Assembly: GCA_907165135.1 (NCBI GenBank)
Contig: OU015568.1
Span: 16,193,208-16,257,207, forward strand
From: Oikopleura dioica
Taxonomy: Eukaryota > Animalia > Chordata
Length of the DNA stretch: 64,000 bases
Direction: 5' to 3'
The notes below the pieces were generated by a model. The model saw only the letters and a program-made list of their open reading frames with translations, had not been told where the DNA came from and ran no database searches. Positions 45,801 through 60,200 of the stretch are shown piece after piece. Both the position numbers and the translations under genes were made by a program. Every line of letters starts with the position of its first letter. Within the stretch, counting starts at the first letter, position 1.

Positions 45801-46791
45801 CTTTTTAGTAATTTTTTATTCAAAATGTCGATGTTCTCGCAAGCAATGCTGATATCGGTTCTCTTCCTTGATTTCAAGCCAAAAAAGCTGGTCGATTGGA
45901 CTCGCATTAAAAGCGACAATGAATAGAAGTCGGCTCAGTATTATCAATTATTTTCTGAAGCCATCTTCTATCTTCATTGTGGGCTATTCTGCGGTAGAAG
46001 TCTTGCTCTCTGCAAATTTGAAATGACGGATGAGGGGAAACAACGACGCACTGAATTTTCATCTAGAGAAAAAGAAAGTTAAAATTATCGTTTTCGAAAA
46101 AGAAAGCTTTGCCGCTTTGGTTTTCATAACTGGCGAATTGGCTATTTTGTGCAGCAGGTGGCGCTTTGGGCACGCATGATGCCCTGGGGGAAGGGCACGG
46201 AAGGGGGATCAAAAAGAATGCCGATTGCATCAATGTGTCTTTGCCCAGAGGAGTAACTTGATTACTGGCCCGAGTTAATCAATGTATCGACGCACACGCG
46301 CCTCTCGGCTATTTTTCACTCAATTAAGCCGCCCATAAACTTGCATAATTAATTCACTCGCGCGATCATTAGCAGCAAAAAACGCTCTCTAATTAACAAC
46401 TAAGCAAATCCCAAGAAACTCGCTGCAAATGCCGCTCTCTTTCTCTCCTTCTCAAATGAGCAAAGAAAAAGTCGAAAAAGAGGCACGCAATTCCGCCGAG
46501 TTTCTCTCAGGGGAGTCGACCATCGATCTCATCCCTTATTTGCAGAGCGCAACTATCATTCTGCCTTCATGAATACTTTTCTTTGGCAATAAACGAATGC
46601 CTGATGAATAATTTGCATCAATAACTCTGCTGGTGAATTTTGCTCGTGGCTGGGACACGATCGGTCAAAACCTCTTCTCAAGATTTTCGACAAAGAAATG
46701 ATAGAATTTCCAAGTCTATTTTTGTCCATAAAGAATTGAAGAAAGTCCCAACATTGACGATTTTGATGATGAAAAGTCATTCTTCCCTCAG

Positions 46792-47041
46792 AATAGACGA
46801 TCATAGACGCGGCTTTCACAGCTTTATTGACAATCTTAGACTTGGTTCAGAATAAGCTGGGCTCGGCAACCTGAATAGAAAGCCTGGGTCAGGGTCTGAA
46901 TGATCTCAATGCGGTTGTTCAAAATAAATCTTTCAGAGCCTGATTCTGGTTTTCTACACAGGTTGCCAAGCCCAGCTTATTCTGAACCAGGTCTAAAATT
47001 GTCAATTAAGCTATGGAAGCCGGGTCCATGATCGTCTATTT
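46792..47041. mobile_element. 250-bp palindrome: family MITE core with extra inverted flanks
   Basis: aatagacgatcat...ttagacttggttcagaataagctgggctcggcaacctg is mirrored by caggttgccaagcccagcttattctgaaccaggtctaa...atgatcgtctatt. Confidence 0.75.
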
Positions 47042-48621
47042 TGTAATTGGAATTCCTAGGGATGCCCCTTTTATATAATAAAACACCTGTCGGGAAATAT
47101 TTCTGCTCATCTGAAACCTGCTTATTGCATATGTATGTTCAAATATGCAATAATAAATGTTCAAAGAGCTTTCAATTGTATTAACGAAAACCCTTTGATT
47201 CTTGGATTTAATTTTAACTAAATTCGAATTGTATTTTTATATCTGGGATGTAAAATTTTGAGGAATACTGGGATGTAGACAGTAGGCAGGGTAAAGCTCG
47301 TATACACACACGCAGTAGGACAGTAAGAATCAGCCGCTGGTATTAATAATTATTAACTTAGAATATTAATATTAAATTATTAATAAAGAGCAGGGCAACT
47401 GATTGGTTTGCATACAGACTTTAACGAGGGAGGAAATTTGACTAGCCAAAGAAAAGAGCTTTGACGCTAGAAATTAAGAATTTGAGGAGTAATTTGAAAT
47501 TTTCCTAATCTACGAAATTTTATATAATAGCAAGGATTTTCAGGTGAAATCAAGGAAGAGCGATTTTCCCGAAAATCCACGATTTTCCGAAAAATCTTTT
47601 TATTATTCTTTATCAATTTAATTTTCAATAATTTATCTTTTTTTATTCTTATCAGGCAGGCAGTTTTCGGAATCGAAGAAAAAATAGCCCTAAATTGGTT
47701 TGTTTTTGGTTGTTTCGGAGATTGAAAATTGCTCATTACTTTTTGAAAAGTAACGAAAGAAGAAAAAGACTTGAGGTCGAGCCGGGGTGACCTCCGAAAC
47801 AAGAGTGACCCCAGAATGACCTCAGAAGTAAGCTTGGTTGTTTTAGGGGCGCTGTGGGCAGGGCAGCAATTCTAGGTACAAACGGACCTAGTTGGTTAGA
47901 TCTTTTCACCGGCTGAATGACCACACAGGCCGAGAAGAGTTTTTGTTAACGAAGAAGATCGTTTTTACTTGTAAGAAATGTTCTTTTAAAAGAAAAGTTG
48001 TTCTGATGATTGTAAATCTGAACTTTCGCGGATATGAACTTGAAACGCGGGATCGACACAACACGTGGTTTCCACTTGAAGACAGTTTGGTTGAACTTGT
48101 TTTTAGTAAAATAGTAAAAATCAGAAAAATATGCAGCGACCCTTTGAAAGAATGACAACTAGAAACCATCTTCCGGTTTTTCGAAATTGATTTCTGGTCG
48201 TCGATCTTGAGAAGGGACGTTTGCAAAATGCGAGTAGGTAAAAGTTGGGTCACCAAGTGGAAATAAAATAAAAAATAGTACTTCGAAATGTAATTATTAG
48301 GAGAAAGAAATATGGGAAAAGTTTAACTTATCGGCGATTTGAATCATTTTATTGAAAAGCCGCTGTCTGGTAGACACCGCGGTCTTTGCGACTTTTTGAC
48401 TATTGAATTGTTATTTATTGAATCTGTTCGTATTGGTTTTGTTGAAATGACCGTTATTGAAAATTTAAACGCAGAGTTCTTTTTCGTTAAAATTAAAGCT
48501 GGGATTTGGGCGAAACAAAAGTAGTAGAGAGATGAATTAATTAATGAAAGAAAAAGTTGGGCGCTTTTTGCAAAAGTCCATTGATTGGAAAATGCAATTT
48601 TCAATCAAGAAGGAGAGACCC

Positions 48622-50442
<1,821 letters not shown>

Positions 50443-51109
50443 CGTCGTCAGAAAGAAGCGTCGAAGAAGAGTCTCTCGCTAGAAATCGTCTCTTTCTCTA
50501 CAAGAAGAGTTGTTGTTAATTGCTGCTGTTTGTTGTTTTGTTTGAAAATGAGCCCAGTCCGCCTAAGAAGAACTGTGGCCTCTTTAGCAAAAGCTTTTTT
50601 AAGCAAGTTTGTCGTTTATCACACACCGAAGTCTGAAATTTTTATTTTGCTCTTTTCGAATTCGCGGTTTTGAGATTTGGAGATTTCCTGGAGCGAAAAT
50701 CGGTTAGATCACAATCGATTTGAAAACAGCGAAAAACAAGTAAAAATATTCTCGCATTTATTTCCGTAATTACTGTAATTGCAAAAAGGGGAGGAATTGC
50801 AAACAAATGGAAATATTACAATTAATAGCAATGGCAGTAGATTTTAACTAGATTCAAGCAAAATCGCGAATTCGCTTTTTTATGATTCGAAAAAAATTTA
50901 TCAATAAGAGATCCCAAATGTTATTTTTACATGTGGCTTTTTGGTTAAGTTTCAGAAATAGTTTTTAAGAATTTTTTAGAATTTTGGTTTTTGATAACTT
51001 TGAGGAAAGAGATAAATGGGACTGAAAAGAAAAAAATTGACTAAAGAACGAACAGAATTCCCTAATAAAAAAAAAGAGAAAGAAAAGCGGAAACTGACTT
51101 TCTTCTTCT

Positions 51110-52050
<941 letters not shown>

Positions 52051-52204
52051 TTCTTTTCTTTTTACTTTCTGAAACAATACTTTTTCGTAAAGTGGCAAAG
52101 TTGGCTTGATAATTGGCTGAGGGATAAGGTGTGAGAGAGGAAATAGAGAAGGAAAATTAGTGGAGAAAAAAAAACTAGGGGAGGAAGCTTCGAGCGGCCT
52201 CGGC

Positions 52205-52380
52205 CCATAAACCTGAGTCAGGGTTCTGAAAGATCTTCAAGGAAGAGCGGCTCAGAGGCTTTTTTGAAAACGTAGCCGCGAATCGGCCTTGGCAGAATTG
52301 AGAAAAAGATTGGAACTTTCCACTCTTGATAATCCAGACCCTGACTCAGGTATTCTAAGCAGGTTTCCGTACCCAGCGAG
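52205..52380. mobile_element. CCTGAGTCAGG-family MITE (intergenic)
   Basis: aaacctgagtcagggttctgaaagatc ... cagaccctgactcaggt. Confidence 0.75.
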
Positions 52381-52513
52381 CAGCTGTGCTTGAAAAAGGT
52401 GACAAATAGAGACTATTTGTATCAAAAACACTGTCCCGCTACTCTACAGAAAAATTTATAATGATCAAGAATTATTTACAGGAATAAACAGTTTATTTTG
52501 CAGAAAAATTGCT

Positions 52514-53204
52514 CTAGAATTTTTTCAAGAACCCCGCAAGCGAGTTTTTTGGAGGCTTGTTCTTTTGCTTGCTTTGAGGATTCGGCTTATTCTTATTTTT
52601 TGCCTTTGCTTTCATGCTATTTAGCTTTTTCTCGACAGCTTTAGATTTTTGGTTTTTCGCAATTTTTCCTGAATTACTGTCTTTTTTCTTGATCTCTATT
52701 TTCTCAGTTGAAATTTCTGCTGCTGCATTGACTAAATTCTTATTGAGCCGGTTTTCGAGCTTCGAAGTTCTAGAAAAATGACAATCTGAGCAGTTTTGAA
52801 CAGTCACAAGTTTTCGCTCTTTTGTAAATCGTTTGGCACGGCCTTTTCTCTTCGAAATCGTGCGAATTTTCAACGCATTTTCGTGATTTTCGCAGCGTGA
52901 GAAGCAATTTTCACAGAATCGAGCCTAAAATTCATGGTTTTTCGAGACAAAAACGCGTAGGCGAGTTAAAAAGAAGTAGCATGATTCATCAGAAACGAGT
53001 CATTCTACTTTTGATGAGTAATTTCTGAGAATCGGGGATTCTAACCTCGGCTTTTTGGAATTCGGCAAGATGATCGATATCCGCGATGAGGGTTTTGGAG
53101 ATGATCTGGTGGAGTTTGTTGTTAGAGTCGAGCTCCAAGAGCTTTTGCGAAAGATTCCAGTGATGCTTCACGGAGAAATCTGCGTCCAGGACTCCTTCTA
53201 TCAT
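52514..53204 (-). CDS. Rpr2/Rpp21/SNM1-family Zn-finger protein (C18orf21/RMP24-like)
   Basis: Two CxxC pairs (RFCENC ... QNCSDC) separated by a basic segment. Lys-rich tail ending SLAGFLKKF. The upstream exon ends at a GT donor after KAE. Confidence 0.5.
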
Positions 53205-53247
53205 CGCCTGAATGATTGATTTAATGAAGAAGATTAAATAAGGAGGG

Positions 53248-53372
53248 CTGGGCTCAGTAACCTGTGTTGAAAACCTTAGTTAGAGTCTGAAAGATCTCCA
53301 ATGTGAAGCCGCTTCATTTTTGGTCCTTCAGACCCTGACTCAGGTTTTCAACACCTGTTGCCGAGCCCAGTA
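53248..53372. mobile_element. CCTGAGTCAGG-family MITE
   Basis: ctgggctcagtaacctgtgttgaaaacc ... ggttttcaacacctgttgccgagcccag. Confidence 0.75.
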
Positions 53373-54263
53373 AAAAGGATAACATCATCCTTTACTTCCT
53401 AAATACTTTATCTATTACACTCTTGCGAAACTTTGTTGAACACCTCTTATCAGCGAAACTCTTTCCTGGATAATTTGATAATACTTCTGATTAAAAAAAG
53501 CTCCTGCCAAGGTCAATTTGAAAATTAAAAACAATCCCATTACCGCTTATCACACAATAGATAAATGGTTCATATGCACATGAACATGGCGATAAAAAAA
53601 TACACCGCTTATCAGTTAACTTCTCAATGCACGTGGTCCAATGATTGGACCACGGCGACTTTGACCGCCTGTAATTCCCGTTGTAGTTATCTGTTTGACC
53701 TGAATTTTGTAATGTGAGCTGATAGGACGAAAACGAACCACTCTGTGAAGTTTCGAAGGAAAACTCAAAAGGTGTGGCGTTTTGCGCCAGATTTCTCTTT
53801 CGCTCTCTGGTGAAAAATCGGAACGGATTTTTCGATTTACAATGGTTTATTTTTATAGAAGAGGGTTCAAGCTTTCTAGCAATACATCTACGAGCTTTTT
53901 TACCCGACGGAAACGTCAATTAGAGCCAAAAGTCCTGAGCGCTGTTTTTCACACTCTGAATTTGGCGCGCCGCGCGGGGCTGGATAATGCATTGTGGTCC
54001 AATAATTGGACCCCGTGTTTTGAGCGCTTAGTCGCGCGCCCGTGTATTGAGAAGTTAAGCATTTGCGACCCGTTCTGAACTCGCGAAGCATTTTTCTTTC
54101 GTTTGCATAGAATGTTTGAGTTTTCCCAAGCTGGCGCTCGTGACGTTTCAGACCTTGTTCTACGCAAATAATAGAATACAAACACTTATCGTATAAAGTC
54201 AACGCCCAGATTTTCTTTCTCACAATTAAAAAAAAAATACACTACAAAACAAAAGTTTCAAAA

Positions 54264-55414
54264 ATGGAAGTTCAAAAACAACGAAACAACTGCTGCCCAG
54301 CCAAGTGCGATGGATGCAAAGATTGCCCACCAGGTTGGAAAATAACACTAGGCGAGAAAGCCGCTTGCGGCTTTTGAGCTAAGAAGAGGGCCTCTTGGAA
54401 AAGGCGGCGCGTCTTCTCGGCATTCTATGTACCAGAGTAGAAAACCTGAGTCAGGGTTTTAAAGAGCTTTAACAAAAAGCTGTGGCGGCTTTTATAAAAA
54501 AGCCGCAGAGCGGCTTCGCTAGAATTTGAAAATAGACGGCAATTCTAGCGAATCCGATAAGCCTTACCCTGATTCAGGTTTTCCTCGCAGGAAGAAAAAT
54601 GAATTTATCAGTTAAAATATCCGAAAATGACCTTCCCAATTCAGGCTGCGTTCCATGCAAATGCTTGACTGACGCCTGCACCAAGATCTGCAACAATTGC
54701 AAAAACTGTCCACCCGGATGTGACCCCTGCGGCTGCGAGAAATGCGCCAAGAATGGCTGCACCTGTGATTGCTGTGAACAACCCTGCTGCGAGACTTCTT
54801 GCGAGGGTTGCAAAAACTGCCCACCGGGGTGCAACCCGTGCAAGTGCGAAATGGACAAGTGCAAGAAAATCTGCAAAGAGTGCAAAACCTGTCCCAAAGG
54901 GGAAAATGGCTGTGATCCGTGCCAGTGCCAGAAATGCTCGAAAAAGGGATGCAAGTGCAGCTGCTGCCCGAAACAGCCCTGCTGTGAAGGTAAGAAGAGT
55001 TCAAAAATTTTTCAACTAAATTTCTTTAGCGGCTTTTTCTAAACGAAGCCGCAGAGCGGCTTCGCCAGAATTTTGAAATTAAATGGAAAGATAAATTCGA
55101 GAAGCCGTTTTTTAGGCCCTGACTCAGGTTTTCACATAGCCTATGTGACATAGGCTACCAAGCCCTGTTAAAAATAACTTTCAGTTTCCTGCGCTGGCTG
55201 CAAAACTGCCCGCCCGGTTGCAACCCGTGCAAGTGCGAAATGGCCAGCTGCAAGAAAATCTGCAGTGGTAATATTTTTTTTTAATAATTTGAAAAATTAA
55301 CCAAAAAATGCAGGCTGCGCTGATTGCCCACCTGGCTGCGACCCGTGCAAGTGCGCCAAATGCTCCACCAAAGGGTGCAAGTGCGACTGCTGCCCCAAGA
55401 AATCATGCTGCTAA
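54264..55414 (+). CDS. MT: Multi-module metallothionein (199 aa, 62 Cys; 3 x 20-Cys units), 4 exons
   Basis: Exons 54264-54333, 54645-54989, 55185-55267 and 55314-55414. Repeated CxxCxxCPPGCxPCxC motifs. Needs one extra A at 55202-55205 (the paralogous repeat at 54812-54816 has five A). Confidence 0.85.
54430..54585. mobile_element. CCTGAGTCAGG-family MITE in MT intron 1 (a second partial copy at ~55030-55135 in intron 2)
   Basis: gtagaaaacctgagtcagggtt ... accctgattcaggtttt. Intron 2 has gaagccgcagagcggcttcg and ccctgactcaggtttt. Confidence 0.75.
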
Positions 55415-57219
55415 TTATTGTAACAGAATCAAATAAGTTTATCTGCGAAAAGTCATAATTAAGATTATCCATCAAAAAATTGAAGTAAAAAATAATAAAA
55501 AAAAGATGAAGGACTTCAATCGCGATTTTTAAGCCGATTTTTTTGTTTAAAAAATAGATAGTGATACCCTTAATTTTACATTCGAATTTGAATTTAGTAT
55601 TTACGAAACCTACCTCAAAAATTCCCGTCTTGAGCTTCTGTAAATTTAGAAATCCCTTCAGTCACCTAAGAAGCTTTTCTAGGGTCCTCTAAAAGAAAAA
55701 GATAAGAAAGAAAAGATTTGAAAATTAGACATATATATTTCATATTGCTTTTAAGAACAGCAAAGGGAGCAGGTTTTTGGTTTATGAACAATCGGGAACA
55801 CAGTTCGGCGAAAGAAGAAATGGAGAATTTTTGGAGATTCTTCTGAAGTAGATTCAGTTTTTGACAGAAGAGGTTGCTTTTTAGGTTGTTTTTCAATGGT
55901 AAATGGTAACGGATTTATTTTTCGGAATCGAGTATTGTGAAGAATTGGTAAGTTTCACGGGGTTATGGTTAAGAAAAGATAATTGACCAATGAGAATCGA
56001 AGAGCAATTTGTTAGCGCTAGAGATCTACTGACCAAAAAAGGAGGAAGACAATCAGGATTCTGATTGGCCGGGTGGCCAGATACAGGTATCTTATTGGTT
56101 CTTAAAAATTCGAAATCTCAAACATTAAATTTTTCACAGAAATATCTTTTAGAAGTTTAAATCCAAAATTTGAAAGACAAACTTGAATTTCCTTTTTTTG
56201 TGGGATTTAAAAAGTCAATAATTTTATGAGCAGCATGCCATTATGCGATTAGCTTTTATAAAGCTTGCGGCACGGGGCTCTGAAATTTTCCGGTGAATCA
56301 AGGGCTCAACCTAAGCCCACAAGTGCCCTTTCCTTAATTTCCTAAATTTCGTCTCTTTCAAATCACTTCCCACGAAATCGACTTTCAAAACAGGAAATTT
56401 TCACTTTCAATTTTTGGAAATTTCTGGAAATAGAAAAAAATTGCGCCAGGAATAAATTTTTTATTTCTTTTCGGAAACAGCAGTTTTTGAACAAGATTTC
56501 TAAGGATTGAATGCACACGGAGAAGGGAGTAGAAGCTGGGGTTGCCGTATTGAGAAAGTTGAACAGGAAAGACAGTCAATGAAGAATTTTTTGAAAAAGT
56601 TTGCTTTTTCTTTCATTTTGTAAGCACCGTTGTGGCTGTTGGAGGCGAGTGATTATCATTTTTGAACGAGCTGAAAATTCTCATTAGCATTCATGGAAAA
56701 CCTGAGACAGGATTTTAAAGACAACCATTTTTCGCGGCTTCGTTAAAAAAAACCGCTATAGCGACTTTTCATTAAGGGAGGTCGACGAGAATCGGGATTT
56801 TTCAACCAAAATTCCGGAAAAACTAGCTTTGAATGAAAAATTCTGATTGGTCAGGTGAGTAGGAAAGGGTTTGAAAAATACTGCGGCGAAAACTAGAAAA
56901 ATTTTATCCAGAAAAAATGGGCGTAATCTCGTCTCAAAGTGGACCCCAAATCGCAATTTTGGCAATTTAGCGATTTTTTCGCTATTTTTTTATGCCACAT
57001 TTGGTAATGAAGTGCACGAAATTCCTGCAAAAACTCGTGAAACTCGTTGCCGCTGTCTTCTAAATACCCTTCTGTTCTCACCTGATAAGTCAAAATATGT
57101 TTACAGAATCGGGTTTTTCGGGAAAATTGGTTTAAAAATTCCGATTCTCGTCGACCCGCCCCTTTCACACCCTGACTCAGGTTTTCAACACATGTTGCCG
57201 AGCCCAGTAGTAAATACAA

Positions 57220-60200
57220 ACCTGGTATTTGGAGACCAGTGAGTGGAATTGCCGGGTCTTCTGGTTGCTTCAAAAGCGGCCAGTTCGTCGCAGACTTCGG
57301 TTATTTCTGGGCGGTCATATGGGTTGGGCCGCAAGCATTGCTAAAAATGCGAATCGGATAAGGATGAACATTCTTTCGAGGATTTTGACACTGACCTCAG
57401 CAATGTTGCGGATGCAGCGCAAATGAGGTTCGTAGTCGAGTCGGCTTCTGATTGACTGTCGCTGGATGTGCTCCAAAATCTTCTCCGGAAGGAACTTATC
57501 GAATTCGTCCCGGGAATATTCTGATGTGATGAAACTAGAAAAAACAGTTTTTAATTGGCTTAGATGGCAAGATATGGCTTCTTATTGGCTGAAATAAGCA
57601 AGCCTCTCCTTGGCCAAGATGGAAAATAGTTGCATCTGATTGGGCAAGAGCAAAAGTAAAAGCCCGATACGTCGAAACGAGAAATACAAGCTTCTTATTG
57701 GCTAAGATTGTCAATAGAGGCTCAAGAATTCGCTAGAAATTTACCTTGGCTCGCGGCTCGTGCCAACTTCTTCTGGATTCTCCATGAAGCTTTTGATTTC
57801 CGAAGTGTTGTAGTCCAAGTTCGCAAAAATCTCTTTCTCCGTCACTAGAATTCATCAATTGAACATCAATCATTTCAACAAGCATGAGTACCTGTTTTGA
57901 GAATGCTGAGAATGACCAGTCCGACCCCGTAAATGTCGTTCATTCTGTAAAAGCGGAAGATCTCCTTTGTGCATTTGCCACAAACATCCTTTACGATAAG
58001 CCTTCCAGCTGAAAACACAAAAATTATTGACGCGTTTCCGCTGTTTCCATTTTTAGTGAAAACAAGGAGGAAGAGAGCAAACTTGACAGGTTCTTATCGT
58101 GCATAAGGGGATTACCTTCGCTGTCGGATTTGTCCAGACATCCCAATTTACAGTGATACTCGTTCGAGAGCTTGAAGTAGTAATCTTTTGATGAGTAGAC
58201 GATTTCGGGCGCGCGCCAGCGATTTGTGCCTGGGGCGATGTGGCGGGTGAAGTAAGAAGTTTGACGCTAGAATTATTGTAAATTTCGGGGGTTCCACACT
58301 GCTGAGCTCGTCAATCTGTGTAGAAGATCTGAGTCAGGGTGTGAAAGATCTCTAATGAAAAGCCGTTACGCTTTCAAACCCAGACTCAGAGCTTCTACAC
58401 ATGTTGCCAAGCCCTGTTTCACTGAAATTACCTGTTCTTCTTTTTGAATAAATTCTAGCGCCTTGTTGTTCCACTGATTATTTTTGGAGAAGTACTTTAG
58501 CCACTCAATGTGCTGAGTAACCTGCTTGGCGACGGACTTGATATTTCCGATGGGGAAGCAACTTTGCTGCTTTTTTCGCAAATAATCGCGGCCCATATCG
58601 TTGATGCAGATTGACGAGAGTCCGAAATCGGCAATGACGGAGCAGTACTGTAATTAGTTTATTAGAGGGGTAGAGATGATGAGACAAGAAATTAGATGAT
58701 TTCAAAAAACTTTTTGTGCGGCCGGAAATCGTAAAAAAACTGCAAGTGCAGTTTTCTTCAGCTCGTCAAGACGAGTCGAATGATGTGTCTAACTCCTGAT
58801 AATTCTAAGGATTGACCGGTGTACCGGTTGGTTACCGGAAAATACGTTGTCACCGGCCGTTTTTGTTCTAGAAGTGATAGACTAATGTTTGACACCGGAA
58901 ATTGTTTCTTATAGTCAGTTCTCCTGCAGCCTAAAAGATGAAGGTCGTATCAATTCTCTGAAGAGAGTTATCACTAAAAACAGTAATTTTTACTAAAATT
59001 TTGTTGTTGCTGCACGTTCCTAATTTCTAGTCCCATTTTCGCCAAAAATAGTATTTTAGTGATAACTCTCTTCAGAGAATTGATACAACCTTCATCTTTT
59101 AGGCTGCAGGAGAACTGACTATAAGAAACAATTTCCGGTGTCAAACATAAGTCTATCACTTCTAGAACGAAAACGGCCGGAGACAACGTATTTTCCGGTA
59201 ACCAGCCGGTAAACCGGTAAATCCTTAGAGTTATCAGGAGTTAGACCCATCATTCGACTCGTCTTGACGAGCTGAAGAAAACTGCACTTGCATTTTTTTT
59301 TTTACGATTTCCGGCCCACAAGAAAAAAGTTTTTGAAATCATCTTACGCCTCAATTTTGGCCATAATAAAGACTGTAATAACGAAAACGAAAAAGGGAAC
59401 AAAATAACGAAACAGAAAAGAGCCAATTTACGTCATATTTTTACTTACAGTTCCATCTGGTGTTTTACGGACGCCGATATTTTTATTTTTATGTCTCTGT
59501 GGACAACACACTCGACATATTTTATAAATTCAGGGGCATCGGTGGGCCACTTTGGCGGGAAGTGAATTTGGCGAAGTCCTTGAATAAGTGAGCTAACTGT
59601 TTTTTGATTCCAAAAAGAGATTTTCATTTTTATCAAAAAACACAAAGAAAATCCGTCGCTGGCTCGAAATCGAAAAAAATGCGACAATTTTGAGCAAAAT
59701 TTTGGACCAATCAGATGTGAGCATTCGACCAAAAGCCCAATCAAATTTAACGACAATTTCTCTCAGAAATTTGATTGGCCTTTGGCCGACTGTTGACATC
59801 AGATTTGTCCAAAATTTTGCTTAAAATTGTTGCATTTTGTCGATGCATGCCTTCTCCCAGAAAATCTTGAAGCGAAAATTCGAGAATTTTTATCAATAAA
59901 ATTTTATTAATAAAAATTCTTTTGAATAAGGAACCGTGCCTACGTGCCAGACGATTTGGATGACTTGCTCTTCGTTCCAATACGCCGGGTCGTCCGGCTT
60001 CAACATCGACCTGTTCCGAACTTCCATCAGCAAATCGTCAAGATTTCGCTTGTTATTATCCCAGCCGTACTTTGTGAGTACAATCTCTTCGAGTCTATCC
60101 GCCGTCGCCACGACTTCTACGTTCGGAGAGTAGATTTGCAAAATAAACTCGTTTCTGTGCTGACTGAAATTATCCATTTTAGTAGAGAAAAAGAACTTAC

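Noticed and set aside
47892-48256. Chromodomain or retrotransposon-like fragment (YELETRDRHNTWFPLED)
   Set aside because: Short similarity only, with stops on both sides. No RT or integrase motifs nearby.
53491-54223. Minus-strand gene divergent from MT
   Set aside because: Non-ATG starts and no consistent splice model found. Coding status unresolved.
53550-54263. Metal-response elements upstream of MT
   Set aside because: No exact TGCRCNC was found by eye; only near-matches such as TGCACGT and TGCGACC.
54574-55019. His/Gln-rich and other ORFs overlapping the MT gene
   Set aside because: Antisense or alternate-frame shadows of the Cys-rich repeats.
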